Positions 19,033-28,845 of a stretch of 64,000 nucleotides of DNA are shown here, one piece after another. Below the pieces are notes generated by a model. The model was not told where the DNA came from. It made no database searches and saw only the letters and a list, made by a program, of their open reading frames with translations. Source of the DNA: an uncultured Spirochaetaceae bacterium (GTDB lineage Bacteria > Spirochaetota > Spirochaetia > Sphaerochaetales > Sphaerochaetaceae); NCBI GenBank assembly GCA_944390015.1, contig CALXOL010000013.1, forward strand, positions 16,727-80,726, written 5' to 3'. The position numbers and the translations under genes are program-made. How positions within the stretch are numbered: position 1 is the first letter of the stretch; each line of letters begins with the position of its first letter.

Positions 19033-20298
19033 ATGCGCGTTCTAGTTCTAGGTTCAGGAGCTAAAGATCACGCGATGACATGGTGGCTAAGCAAAAGCTG
19101 TTTTATCTCAGGACTCTTTGTTGCAAGAGGAAACTATTGCACACCAGACATCGCTGAGAAACTTAAAGATGTTGACCCTTCCGACGGAGAGAGTGTCTAT
19201 CTTGCATGCATCAGACATGCCATAGATCTGGTATTCGTAGGTACTGAAGCACCTCTTCTTACCGGTGTCATAGAATATCTAAACGAAAGAGGGATAAAGA
19301 CATTCGGAGCTCCAAGCAAATCCATCAAACTGGAAGATGACAAGGCTTTCAGCCGTTCATTCACAGACCGCCATAACATTCCTACTCCGAGACGCAGCCT
19401 CTTTGCAGACATAGAGCATATGCGCAAATATCTGGAGAGGCACAAAGGGAAGAACTTCATCGTCAAAAGCAACAACATCTCACCAAGCCGTGAGACATTG
19501 AGTTCCTGCGATACGGAGAAACTTCTCTCCTATGCAAAAAGACTATTGCAGAAAGGCCCTGTATTCCTTGAAGAGTACATCCCTGGTCTTCCGATAACGG
19601 CGACGATACTTCTAGACAACAAACACTACCTTCCTCTGCCCATCGTAAGCGAATATACCAGGAGAATGGAGGGGGATGACATTCCTACGGGAGGAATGGG
19701 TGCCATCTGCCCCGTTCCTATCAGTGAAGATACCGCACTTGCGATAAAAGAGAGGATAATAGATCCGACACTGTACGGAATGAAGGTAGAACAGCTCTCA
19801 TACAGAGGAGTTCTTACCCTATCCATCATAATAAAAGAAGACATGCAACCGGTTCTTGTAGATTACCATGTACGTTTCAATGATCCTGCAGCCCAGGCTT
19901 TCGTCCCGCTTATAGAGAATGATCTTCTTGACATACTGATGGCGATGGGGTCAGATGAGCTTGACAGGATAAAGCTCACTACATCGGAAGACTTCACGAT
20001 AGCAGTAGTCCTTGCCAGCGAGGGTTATCCACTTGAAAGCATTACAGGAAGAAGAATAGAGGGGCTTACTCATGTCAGGAGGACAGGAACGGATAAGCTA
20101 CCTCTCATATTCTGCGGTGCCGTGGATGAGGATGAAAATGGAAATCCTGTCACAACTGGAGGCAGAGCCGTTACTGTAGTCGGCAAAGCTAAGAGCCTGG
20201 AAAAGGCAAATAAGAAAGCCTACCGTACGATGGCAGGCTTGAAATTGGAAGGTGGATGGTTTAGAAACGATATTGGAAACCGTTTCTTCCAGTCCTAA
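19033..20298 (+). CDS. phosphoribosylamine-glycine ligase (PurD)-like ATP-grasp protein, divergent
   Basis: 421 aa with PurD-like architecture (VLVLGSGAKDHAM, TGGMGA, FNDPAAQ, TTGGRAVTVV). Several canonical PurD motifs are altered. No other pur genes are nearby. Confidence 0.6.
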   Translation: MRVLVLGSGAKDHAMTWWLSKSCFISGLFVARGNYCTPDIAEKLKDVDPSDGESVYLACIRHAIDLVFVGTEAPLLTGVIEYLNERGIKTFGAPSKSIKLEDDKAFSRSFTDRHNIPTPRRSLFADIEHMRKYLERHKGKNFIVKSNNISPSRETLSSCDTEKLLSYAKRLLQKGPVFLEEYIPGLPITATILLDNKHYLPLPIVSEYTRRMEGDDIPTGGMGAICPVPISEDTALAIKERIIDPTLYGMKVEQLSYRGVLTLSIIIKEDMQPVLVDYHVRFNDPAAQAFVPLIENDLLDILMAMGSDELDRIKLTTSEDFTIAVVLASEGYPLESITGRRIEGLTHVRRTGTDKLPLIFCGAVDEDENGNPVTTGGRAVTVVGKAKSLEKANKKAYRTMAGLKLEGGWFRNDIGNRFFQS

Positions 20299-21041
20299 TC
20301 ATGGTTCTTTCTATATTGATACATCAGGATTCCCGCAGCAACTGATACATTCAGGGAATCTATGTGCCCCCTCATGGGGATTGACACGATGTAATCACAA
20401 TTCTTCCTTATAAGCGGAGAGATACCACTACCCTCGCTTCCCATTATAAGCACGGTTTTAGAGCTGAATGCCTCTTGATAGCTGGAATTTCCATTCATGT
20501 CGGCAGCATACACCCAGAAACCCTTATTCTTGAATTTTTCAATCTCCCTGGAGAGATTCGTAACGACGGAAATAGGAACATATTGGGCTGCTCCACTTGA
20601 GACCTTGACGACAGTCTCATTCGCTTGAACACTTCTGCGCTCAGGAATGACTACAAGATCTACTCCAAACTGATCCGCACTCCTTAAAATCGCACCTAGG
20701 TTATGAGGATCCGTTATCCCATCCAACATCAGGACAAGGTAATCATTATCATCATTCAAAGAGTCAAGGAACTCATCAACGCTCACCTCTTTAAGCCGGC
20801 TTGCCCCTTTTCTTGGACCACCGAGATCAAGTATTGCTCCCCTATGATCGATATCAGGAGCCATCCTGTCCAATTCCTCACGGCTTACTTTCTTTACAGC
20901 GACCTTACCGGTGCACTGTGCCTTGAACTCAAGCTTATTAAGACGCTCTCCACCAGAGCGCATAAGATATAGAGTTGAACCTGCAAAAGCCTTTTTCAAC
21001 CCCTCTTCTATCGCATGATAACCGTATATTCTTTCACCCAT
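20295..21041 (-). CDS. rlmB: SpoU/TrmH-family 23S rRNA 2'-O-methyltransferase (RlmB-like)
   Basis: 248 aa. N-terminal IYGYHAIEE substrate-binding domain, DGITDPHNLGAILRSA, GSEGSGISP and SLNVSVAAG motifs. Confidence 0.8.
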   Translation of the reverse strand: MGERIYGYHAIEEGLKKAFAGSTLYLMRSGGERLNKLEFKAQCTGKVAVKKVSREELDRMAPDIDHRGAILDLGGPRKGASRLKEVSVDEFLDSLNDDNDYLVLMLDGITDPHNLGAILRSADQFGVDLVVIPERRSVQANETVVKVSSGAAQYVPISVVTNLSREIEKFKNKGFWVYAADMNGNSSYQEAFSSKTVLIMGSEGSGISPLIRKNCDYIVSIPMRGHIDSLNVSVAAGILMYQYRKNHD

Positions 21042-21088
21042 GCTAAGTATATTATTTTATTTCTCTCAAGTTAGACAAGCTATGAATG

Positions 21089-21117
21089 AAAAACAAAAAG
21101 CCAGCACCAAGCTGGCT
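21089..21117 (-). terminator. intrinsic terminator after dnaJ
   Basis: Minus strand reads AGCCAGC-TTGGT-GCTGGCT followed by TTTTGTTTTTC. Confidence 0.7.
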
Positions 21118-21121
21118 TCCA

Positions 21122-22228
21122 TCAGTCCTCGTACTCCATCGGAGTCGGCTTATCCGTCTCTTCAAGCTCTTCTGAGAGCTCTTTAAGAATCCTACGAGCC
21201 TTTAGCGAGACCCTCTTCGGAACGTTCACTACGATCTTCAGATACATGTTTCCCCTCTGAGAGGAATTTATATAAGGGAATCCCTTACCTTTAAGACGCA
21301 ATATATCCCCGGACTGCGTCCCAGATGGAATGGAAACCTTTATTTCGCTTCCATCGATAGTCGGAACGAAAATCTCCGTACCAAGCACCGCCTGCGGATA
21401 AGAAATTGGTACCTGAAGGTAGACATCCTGATCCTGACGTACGAAATACTTATCCTCACGAACTGTGATAAAGATATAGAGATCCCCGTCAGGCCCTCCG
21501 GCCTCCCCTGCATCGCCTTTTCCCCTTAAAGTGAGACGACTTCCCGTCTCAACTCCGGCAGGAATGGTAACAACGAGCTTCTCACTCTTTCTCACCGTTC
21601 CAGAGCCGTGACATGTAGCACATGGGTTATCTACAATGGAGCCCGTTCCTTGGCATGTAGGACATGTGGTAGCGACCTGGAAGAATCCACTTCCGCGTGC
21701 GACCTGCCCAGAGCCATGACATGTCGGGCATGTGCGCCTACCCGTTCCTCCTGTTCCATTACAGCTCTCACATTTAACCTTATGAGAGAAGGAGATCTCC
21801 TTCTTACAGCCCATTACGGCCTCATTAAAGTCAATCGTAAGCTCATATCTTAAAGAGGAGCCCTGTCTGCCGCCACTGCGCGTACTGGATCTCCTTCCAC
21901 CTCCGAAGAACGATTCAAATATATCTGCGAACCCGTTTGCCCCTCCGAAGATGTCGGAAAAATCCCTATAGACGTTGCTATAGTTTCCAGCCCCGCCCAT
22001 GCCATCAACACCGGCAAAGCCGTACTGATCATAATTACTCCTCTTCTTCGGATCAGAGAGGATCTCATACGCCTCACTTGCCTCTTTGAACCTCTCCTCA
22101 GCAGCCTTATCATTAGGGTGTGTATCGGGATGATTTGCAAGAGCAATCTTCCTATACGCCTTCTTTATCTCATCCTGAGTTGCGGTCTTTGAAACACCGA
22201 GAACTTCATAATAATCACGCTTTGCCAT
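21122..22228 (-). CDS. dnaJ: chaperone DnaJ
   Basis: 368 aa. J domain with HPD, G/F region, four CxxCxGxG zinc repeats. Confidence 0.95.
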   Translation of the reverse strand: MAKRDYYEVLGVSKTATQDEIKKAYRKIALANHPDTHPNDKAAEERFKEASEAYEILSDPKKRSNYDQYGFAGVDGMGGAGNYSNVYRDFSDIFGGANGFADIFESFFGGGRRSSTRSGGRQGSSLRYELTIDFNEAVMGCKKEISFSHKVKCESCNGTGGTGRRTCPTCHGSGQVARGSGFFQVATTCPTCQGTGSIVDNPCATCHGSGTVRKSEKLVVTIPAGVETGSRLTLRGKGDAGEAGGPDGDLYIFITVREDKYFVRQDQDVYLQVPISYPQAVLGTEIFVPTIDGSEIKVSIPSGTQSGDILRLKGKGFPYINSSQRGNMYLKIVVNVPKRVSLKARRILKELSEELEETDKPTPMEYED

Positions 22229-22246
22229 ATTCTCCCCTTAAACAGA

Positions 22247-22277
22247 GGAAAACAGCATGGTCTCCATGCTGTCTTCC
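22247..22277 (-). promoter_or_regulatory. strong intercistronic stem-loop between dnaK and dnaJ
   Basis: Minus strand reads GGAAGACAGCATGG-AGA-CCATGCTGTTTTCC, a 14-bp stem (one G.U). No clean U tract follows. Confidence 0.6.
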
Positions 22278-22302
22278 CGTTTTATATATGCGTTATGAAA
22301 AG

Positions 22303-24225
22303 TTACTTAACCTCTTCGAAATCCGCATCTACAGAACCATCATCATTCTTAGATCCTGCATTCTGCTGGGCTCCTGCACCCTGAGCACCTGATGCTCCCT
22401 GCTGGCTCTGCTGCTGGGCCGCCTGTTCATAAATCTTCTGACCTAGCTGCATCGATGCCTGCTGTACCGCATCCGTCTTGCTCTTAAGCTCCTCGGCCGT
22501 AGCACTCTGGTTCTGAAGAGCATTCTTGAGATCGTTTACAGCACTCTCAATTGCACTTCTCTCAGAATCAGATACCTTATCGCCATAATCCTTGAGAGCC
22601 TTCTCAGTCTGGTATACCACGCTTTCCGCGGTATTCCTTGCCTCGATAGTCTCCCTGGCCTTCTTGTCATCTGCGGCATGAGCCTCAGCTTCCTTTACCA
22701 TCTTCTCAATCTCATCCTCAGAAAGTCCGGAGGAGGATTCGATGACGATCTTCTGCTCCTTTCCTGTTCCGAGATCCTTTGCACTTACATGTACGATACC
22801 ATTGGCATCGATATCGAATGTAACCTCAATCTGAGGTACTCCACGTGGAGCCGGTGCGATTCCGACGAGATCGAAATTACCTAATGTCCTGTTCTGACTT
22901 GCAAGCTCTCTCTCGCCCTGAAGAACGTGGATGGATACTGCAGTCTGGTTATCGCTTGCCGTACTGAAGATCTGGCTCTTCTTGGTAGGTATTGTGGTAT
23001 TCCTTTCAATCAACCTTGTCATAACACCGCCAAGAGTCTCAATACCGAGTGAAAGCGGAGTAACATCAAGCAGAAGAACATCCTTAACGTTTCCACTTAA
23101 GATACCACCCTGGATCGCAGCTCCAACTGCAACTACCTCATCAGGATTTACACCCTTGTGTGGCTCTTTTCCAAAGAGATCCTTTACGAGCTTCTGTACG
23201 CATGGGATTCTTGAAGAACCACCTACGAGGATGACCTCATCAATCTGGCTAGCAGAAAGGCCAGCATCCCTGAGTGCGTTAAGACATGGAGTCTTTGTCC
23301 TCTCTACGAGTGGAGCTATCATCTGCTCGAATTTAGCTCTTGTAAGCTCGACCTGCAGGTGCAATGGGCCATTTGCATTTGCAGTAATGAACGGAAGGTT
23401 AATCGTGGTTGTCGTAGAAGAAGAGAGCGTGATCTTAGCCTGCTCAGCTGCTTCCTTCAGACGCTGAAGTGCCATCTTATCACTGGAAAGATCGATACCG
23501 TTCTTTGCTTTGAAGTCACTGACCAGCCAATCGATGATTACCTGATCGAAGTTATCTCCACCAAGGTGAGTATCACCATTTGTACTCTTTACTTCGAAAA
23601 CGCCATCTCCGAGTTCAAGGATGGAGATATCGAATGTACCGCCACCAAGGTCATATACAGCAATCGTCTCATCCTTACTCTTATCCTTTCCAAAGCCATA
23701 TGCGAGAGCTGCCGCAGTAGGCTCGTTAACGATTCTCTTAACATCAAGTCCGGCAATACGGCCTGCATCCTTTGTTGCCTGGCGCTGTGCGTCATTAAAG
23801 TAAGCAGGAACTGTGATAACGGCCTCTGAGACCGTCTCTCCAAGATAATCCTCTGCTGTCTTCTTCATCTTCTGAAGGATTACAGCACTGATCGCCTGAG
23901 GTGAGAGCTGCTCACCGTTAACATCAATCTTAACCTCATCTCCCGCACCTGAGACAACCTTGTAAGGAACCATCTTAATTTCCTCAGCAACCTCATGGAA
24001 TTTTCTTCCCATGAATCTCTTAATTGAATAAACGGTATTCTCAGGGTTTGTAACCATCTGGTTCTTTGCAGGCTTTCCTACAAGACGGTCGTTTCCTTTA
24101 TATCCGACTACGCTAGGAGTCGTTCTGTCTCCTTCACTGTTGGCAATTACAATCGGCTCGTTACCTTCCATAACTGAAACACAGCTGTTAGTTGTACCGA
24201 GGTCAATACCAATAATCTTGCTCAT
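22303..24225 (-). CDS. dnaK: chaperone DnaK (Hsp70)
   Basis: 640 aa. [32 protein letters not shown]. Confidence 0.97.
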   Translation of the reverse strand: MSKIIGIDLGTTNSCVSVMEGNEPIVIANSEGDRTTPSVVGYKGNDRLVGKPAKNQMVTNPENTVYSIKRFMGRKFHEVAEEIKMVPYKVVSGAGDEVKIDVNGEQLSPQAISAVILQKMKKTAEDYLGETVSEAVITVPAYFNDAQRQATKDAGRIAGLDVKRIVNEPTAAALAYGFGKDKSKDETIAVYDLGGGTFDISILELGDGVFEVKSTNGDTHLGGDNFDQVIIDWLVSDFKAKNGIDLSSDKMALQRLKEAAEQAKITLSSSTTTTINLPFITANANGPLHLQVELTRAKFEQMIAPLVERTKTPCLNALRDAGLSASQIDEVILVGGSSRIPCVQKLVKDLFGKEPHKGVNPDEVVAVGAAIQGGILSGNVKDVLLLDVTPLSLGIETLGGVMTRLIERNTTIPTKKSQIFSTASDNQTAVSIHVLQGERELASQNRTLGNFDLVGIAPAPRGVPQIEVTFDIDANGIVHVSAKDLGTGKEQKIVIESSSGLSEDEIEKMVKEAEAHAADDKKARETIEARNTAESVVYQTEKALKDYGDKVSDSERSAIESAVNDLKNALQNQSATAEELKSKTDAVQQASMQLGQKIYEQAAQQQSQQGASGAQGAGAQQNAGSKNDDGSVDADFEEVK

Positions 24226-24310
24226 TTCTATGTTCTCCCATTAATTATCTAATTTAAAATATGGAATCCTCTGATTCACGAAATCAAAATAATAAAGACC
24301 TGTGCATTCG

Positions 24311-24865
24311 TCAAGATTTTACAGGCTTTCCTACCATGACTTTAGCGCTTCTTATCACTTTGCCATGAAGCTTATACCCTGTCTGGAATACACTGATGAC
24401 CCTCTCTTCGTCAATGCCCTCCTTATCCTGAACGGCATATGCCTCCATCTCCTCTGGATTAAATGGCTTATCCTCTGCCTCTATGACCTCAAGCCCCCAA
24501 TTGGTCTTAAGTATACCCAGCATCTGGCTCTCAACCATTCCTATTCCATCCTTTAGCGCCTTGAAATCCTCGGACTTATTAGCTGCATCCAAAGCTCTTG
24601 AGAAATTATCAAGTGGATCCAGAAGATCTTTTATCAGTGATTCATTAGCGAACTTGACTGCAACCTCCTTATCTTTAAGGAGTCTCTTACGGTAGTTCTC
24701 AGTCTCGGCGCGGTATCTGAGCTCATCCTCCTTGAGAGTCTTGATCTCTTCCTCCAGCTCTGAAATCTTCTTAGAGAGAGCCTCCTCTGCACTCAGCTCA
24801 TCACCGCACTCTTTCTCCTCTTTACTCTCCTCTATGATCTCTTCTTTTTCCTTATCTTTTTTCAT
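24311..24865 (-). CDS. grpE: nucleotide exchange factor GrpE
   Basis: RYRAETENYRKR motif and C-terminal GYKLHGKVIRSAKV. I prefer the ATG at 24865 (MKKDKEKEE), preceded by GGTGAGG, over the track start at 24880. Confidence 0.9.
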   Translation of the reverse strand: MKKDKEKEEIIEESKEEKECGDELSAEEALSKKISELEEEIKTLKEDELRYRAETENYRKRLLKDKEVAVKFANESLIKDLLDPLDNFSRALDAANKSEDFKALKDGIGMVESQMLGILKTNWGLEVIEAEDKPFNPEEMEAYAVQDKEGIDEERVISVFQTGYKLHGKVIRSAKVMVGKPVKS

Positions 24866-24884
24866 AATCAACCTCACCATTTAA

Positions 24885-24905
24885 AAGAGCGGATATACCG
24901 CTCTT
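24885..24905 (-). terminator. hairpin (weak terminator) between the coiled-coil gene and grpE
   Basis: AAGAGCGG-TATAT-CCGCTCTT perfect 8-bp stem followed by TTAAAT on the minus strand. It is not a CIRCE element. Confidence 0.4.
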
Positions 24906-24960
24906 GTTCTCCTACCATATAAACTGGAAAATAATATCGACATTGCCCTATCGTCAAGGG

Positions 24961-26598
24961 TCACTCATCTTCGTCGCTGAGATCTATCTCCTCCTCATCT
25001 CCGATGAAGATATCCTCGGGGAACTGCTCTATTATGGTCTCAGCCCTGCTCTTCTTCTCCTCTTTATCCTTGGATCTGTCCATCTCAAGACGAATGCGGA
25101 CGGCCTGAGCTTCCTCTTTCATCCTCTTCTCTTTCGCCTCACTAAGCTCCCCTTGAGCCTTCTCGATATCTTTTTGAACCTCGTTAATCTGTCCTACGAG
25201 CTTCCCGTGCTCCTTTTGGCTCTTATAAAGCTCCTCTTTCGCCTCGGTCACCTGCTCCTGAATCGCAGTAAGATTTGCCTCGCTTAGTGCGATCTTCTCA
25301 CTAAGCTCTTTAAGCCTGGTCACGGTCTCTGTAAGCTTGTCGCTCTCTCCTGCAGTCAGCATGGCCACCGTTTCCCTGGTGTCTTTAGAGCGCTCCGCAA
25401 GGGATTCTATCTGCTCGGCAACAGATGCTTTTATCTTTTCAAAACTGCTTGAGAGGCTTTCAAGTTCCGCAGCCAAGGCAGCCTTATATCCGATACGTGC
25501 CTTCTCCGTATAAGCGTCCTTCTCCTTTGAAAGAGAAAGTAGCCTATCGTCCACATCTTTCGACATCGTCAGGATGCTCTCTTTAAATTCCGCTTCTCTT
25601 GAGTTCACCCTCCTATCGAGATCCTGATACTTCTCCTCCACAAAATCATCTATGGATCCTTTCTTCTTGTTCAGGCTCTCAAGCATGAGATCGACAGAGG
25701 AATTAAGACGATCCGTACACTCCTTGATTTTTGCATCAAGGTCGCTTTTCTCCGCATCCACAGCACCTTTCATATCATCAAGGGACTGAGTGACTTCACC
25801 TCTAAGATTCTCGATGCTCTTTCTTTCACTTTCGATAAATGAACGCATGTCATCCTTAAGTGCCTGACATGATGCTGAGGCGTTCTTTATCGCCGTATCA
25901 ACCTCTCCTCTATATTCCTTAATCTTTGTCGTCACATCCTCGGCTATCCGAGTCTGCTCGTCACACTCCCTGGTAAAGCCTTGTTTCTCGACGTTAATGA
26001 ATTCTACGAACTGCGCCTTCTGCCGCTCAACCGCACTTGAGAACTGGCTGAGCATATCAGTATTCTCACTCTTTTGAAGCGCAGCCTGCTGTTTAAGCGA
26101 TTCCTGCGTCGATGTTACAAGGCGAACGTATTCGGCCTTTAAATCCTGCATCTGGTTTACCAGGAGCTCCGCTTCCTCATGGAATGATTTCACAAACTCA
26201 GATACGCTCTCAGCCTTTCTGACCTCCTGCTGAACCACTGCGATTCTCCCCTCTGCCTGCTCCGTCTGTACCTTAAGCTTATCAAGAGCCCTGCGATAAT
26301 CGACACATACTCCTTCAAGCTGTGTAAGATCCTTCTGATGCTGGCTGAGCCTGTCAAGACAGGTATTAACTATATCCACGGTGTTACGGGCCTTATCCAC
26401 ATGGGTCTGTACATTATCCGTACAATCCTGAGCCGTGGTTAAAAGCCTCTGCGTAGTAGCGGAGACCTCGCTTCTAAAACTTTTAATCTGCGCATTCACA
26501 TTGGCAAGACTCCTGGATTTCTTATCAGATGAACGCACTGAGAAGAAAATCAGAAGTGAAAGGAAAAACAAAACAACTGATACTACTATACTGAGCAT
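24961..26598 (-). CDS. membrane-anchored long coiled-coil protein with an acidic C-terminus (function unknown)
   Basis: 545 aa. A single N-terminal TM helix (MLSIVVSVVLFFLSLLIFF), then ~480 aa of heptad-rich E/K/Q/L sequence, ending in DEEEIDLSDEDE. Confidence 0.6.
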   Translation of the reverse strand: MLSIVVSVVLFFLSLLIFFSVRSSDKKSRSLANVNAQIKSFRSEVSATTQRLLTTAQDCTDNVQTHVDKARNTVDIVNTCLDRLSQHQKDLTQLEGVCVDYRRALDKLKVQTEQAEGRIAVVQQEVRKAESVSEFVKSFHEEAELLVNQMQDLKAEYVRLVTSTQESLKQQAALQKSENTDMLSQFSSAVERQKAQFVEFINVEKQGFTRECDEQTRIAEDVTTKIKEYRGEVDTAIKNASASCQALKDDMRSFIESERKSIENLRGEVTQSLDDMKGAVDAEKSDLDAKIKECTDRLNSSVDLMLESLNKKKGSIDDFVEEKYQDLDRRVNSREAEFKESILTMSKDVDDRLLSLSKEKDAYTEKARIGYKAALAAELESLSSSFEKIKASVAEQIESLAERSKDTRETVAMLTAGESDKLTETVTRLKELSEKIALSEANLTAIQEQVTEAKEELYKSQKEHGKLVGQINEVQKDIEKAQGELSEAKEKRMKEEAQAVRIRLEMDRSKDKEEKKSRAETIIEQFPEDIFIGDEEEIDLSDEDE

Positions 26599-26602
26599 TT
26601 TA

Positions 26603-26610
26603 CCCCCCCC
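26603..26610 (-). repeat. G8 homopolymer (minus strand) in the 13-nt gap before the coiled-coil gene start
   Basis: Minus strand reads TAG-A-GGGGGGGG-TAAA-ATG. Confidence 0.9.
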
Positions 26611-26611
26611 T

Positions 26612-27304
26612 CTAGAGCAGTTTCTCCCTCATCTCCTTATACGAAGAGACGACAATATCTGCAGAGCTCCTAAGAGCTTTCTTCTTATCTTTCGTTATCA
26701 AAAGGCTCTTCATTCCAGCCTTTTTAGACCCAAGCACATCCTTTCTTTCACTGTCCCCTACATAAAGTACCTCTTCCGGCCTAAGGCCAAAATGCTCATA
26801 AAGGAGACGGAAAGGAAGCTTTGAAGGCTTTAATCTTCCTATATCCTCGCTACTTATCACATAAGATGCAACACCTTCTATCCTCAAAGCCTTAAGCTTA
26901 CTGCCGATTGGAAAATCAGAAAGAAGTGCAACGGGGACGACCTTTGCCAGATCAGAGAGGAAAGAGGCCATGCCATCATACATCCTGATGGAAAGGAATT
27001 CCTTCTCCCATCTGTCATGAAAAACCCTCTTCTCCTTCTCTTTAAACCACTCAAGACTCTTATTTTTACGAGGATACATGATTTCAAGCTCCCTCATCTT
27101 GAACTCATCAGCCGTGATAAGAGGAAAATCATCATATCCGTCCTCCCTTCTGATCGTATCCCTCATCTTAAGATATCTAAGGGCGAAAGGCAGATGCAGA
27201 AAAGAAGTTTTAAATAATATCCAGTCGGTCTCCCATTTGGGATATAAAGTACCATCTATGTCGAAACAAACGGCCTTAATCCCGTTCTCAGCGATATAAC
27301 TCAC
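26612..27304 (-). CDS. HAD-superfamily hydrolase
   Basis: 230 aa. DIDGTLY motif I near the N-terminus and GDSERKD motif IV. Confidence 0.75.
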   Translation of the reverse strand: MSYIAENGIKAVCFDIDGTLYPKWETDWILFKTSFLHLPFALRYLKMRDTIRREDGYDDFPLITADEFKMRELEIMYPRKNKSLEWFKEKEKRVFHDRWEKEFLSIRMYDGMASFLSDLAKVVPVALLSDFPIGSKLKALRIEGVASYVISSEDIGRLKPSKLPFRLLYEHFGLRPEEVLYVGDSERKDVLGSKKAGMKSLLITKDKKKALRSSADIVVSSYKEMREKLL

Positions 27305-28845
27305 TTGCCTTTCCTCTGCTTCTTATTGCGTACGATCTTCTCGGCACGCTCTCTCTCTTTTCCCATTCTTGCCTTACCGCCAGGTTTTCTCATCACACCT
27401 TTGCTTCTGGATGAATTCTGAGAGCGTTTGACTATGCGCTGAGCATCAAGCTCATCCTTGCTGGGTCCTTTGTCATTCAAGCTCGGATTACGCCTTCTCT
27501 CCCTCAAATTGATTTCTATGGGGATGAGAGAAAAGCCCATGCCCTTTCTAAGCTGGTTCTTAATATACTGAAGATAGCTTTCAGGGAAATCCTTTATCCT
27601 GTTTACGAACAGAAGGAAACGTACCGGGGCAACAGAAACCTGTGTTCCATAAAGAATCTTATAATAACCATCTGAAGCGCGTGGAATCTCATAAGTACTC
27701 GTCCACTCCTTCAAGGCATTGTTAAGATCTGCGGTATCCACCCTCTTATTCAGCTGCTTCCATACCGCCCATACGGTATCAAGCATCTTGGCAACCCCGT
27801 CCGCCTCCAAAGCAGAAATCGTAACAATCGGTGCGAAACCGAGAATCGGGAACAGGAACCTTACCCTGTCCTTGATCGCCTCTATCTGATTGGGAACATT
27901 TGCAAGAAGATCAACCTTATTCAAGACAAGAACAATGCCCTTACCCCTACGTACAATTAAATTGGCAATCTTCTTATCCTGCTCTGCAAGCCCCTCCTTG
28001 ATATCGACCATCAAGAGGACGACATCTGCCTCATCTATGGTTTTAATCGCACGGTTGACGGAGTAATACTCAACATCCTCCTCCACCTTGCTCTTCCTTC
28101 TGATTCCCGCGGTATCAAGGACTGTATAATCGGTACCCTTATATTCAAATGTACCACGCATGACATCACGAGTGGTACCGGCGATCTCACTGACAATAGA
28201 TATGTCCCTTCCCGTTAGCAGGTTTGTAAGCGTGCTCTTTCCCGTATTAGGCTTACCAAGGATTGCCAGCTTTATCCTCTCTGCCTCCTCCGGCTCCTCT
28301 TCAAGGCGCTCAAGATTAAGCATCCCGAGCATGGTATCTTCAAGTTCCTCAAAACCAGTGCCATGCGCGGCAGAGATTCCGACAACCCTCTGATAGCCGT
28401 AGCTGAAGAAATTCCATACGAGATTCTCCCTAGAGACATCATCGACCTTGTTTACTACAAGTATGACCTTGTCGCTATATGGCCTAAGCTCCTCAAGGAG
28501 CATCATATCCTCACCTGTAAGCTCGGTACATTCAAGGGTAAACAGAATCAAATCCGATATCTCCATCAAGGAGAGTGATTTCTCACTTACTGCGTAATCA
28601 AGACCTTCCTTCTCAAGCTTGACTCCACCGGAATCGACAAGCGTAACCGGATGATTTCCAAGTAGATAACGGGCAGGAATTGGATCCCTGGTTACTCCAG
28701 GGGTTGGATCGGTAATCGCACGACGCTCTCCAATGAGCCTGTTAAAAAGAGTAGACTTACCCACATTAGGCCTTCCGATGATACTTATGAGTGGAAGGCT
28801 CCTGTCTATATCCGCTTTATTTCTTATTTCGAGTTTCTCGCTCAT
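27301..28845 (-). CDS. der: ribosome-associated GTPase Der (EngA) with a basic C-terminal tail
   Basis: 514 aa. Two G domains (GRPNVGKST and GKPNTGKST), a KH-like domain, then ~70 aa of K/R-rich tail. Confidence 0.9.
   Translation of the reverse strand: MSEKLEIRNKADIDRSLPLISIIGRPNVGKSTLFNRLIGERRAITDPTPGVTRDPIPARYLLGNHPVTLVDSGGVKLEKEGLDYAVSEKSLSLMEISDLILFTLECTELTGEDMMLLEELRPYSDKVILVVNKVDDVSRENLVWNFFSYGYQRVVGISAAHGTGFEELEDTMLGMLNLERLEEEPEEAERIKLAILGKPNTGKSTLTNLLTGRDISIVSEIAGTTRDVMRGTFEYKGTDYTVLDTAGIRRKSKVEEDVEYYSVNRAIKTIDEADVVLLMVDIKEGLAEQDKKIANLIVRRGKGIVLVLNKVDLLANVPNQIEAIKDRVRFLFPILGFAPIVTISALEADGVAKMLDTVWAVWKQLNKRVDTADLNNALKEWTSTYEIPRASDGYYKILYGTQVSVAPVRFLLFVNRIKDFPESYLQYIKNQLRKGMGFSLIPIEINLRERRRNPSLNDKGPSKDELDAQRIVKRSQNSSRSKGVMRKPGGKARMGKERERAEKIVRNKKQRKGK

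Noticed and set aside
24866-24960. Possible CIRCE operator or hrcA control of the grpE-dnaK-dnaJ operon
   Set aside because: There is no TTAGCACTC-N9-GAGTGCTAA-like element and no hrcA gene. The only inverted repeat (AAGAGCGG-N5-CCGCTCTT) looks like a terminator for the upstream gene.
28817-28845. The 29-nt ptsI/der overlap as a sign of a frameshift or mis-assembly
   Set aside because: Both proteins are full length with intact terminal motifs. The der G1 motif begins about 20 residues after the proposed start with no alternative ATG, so a genuine overlap is the simplest reading.
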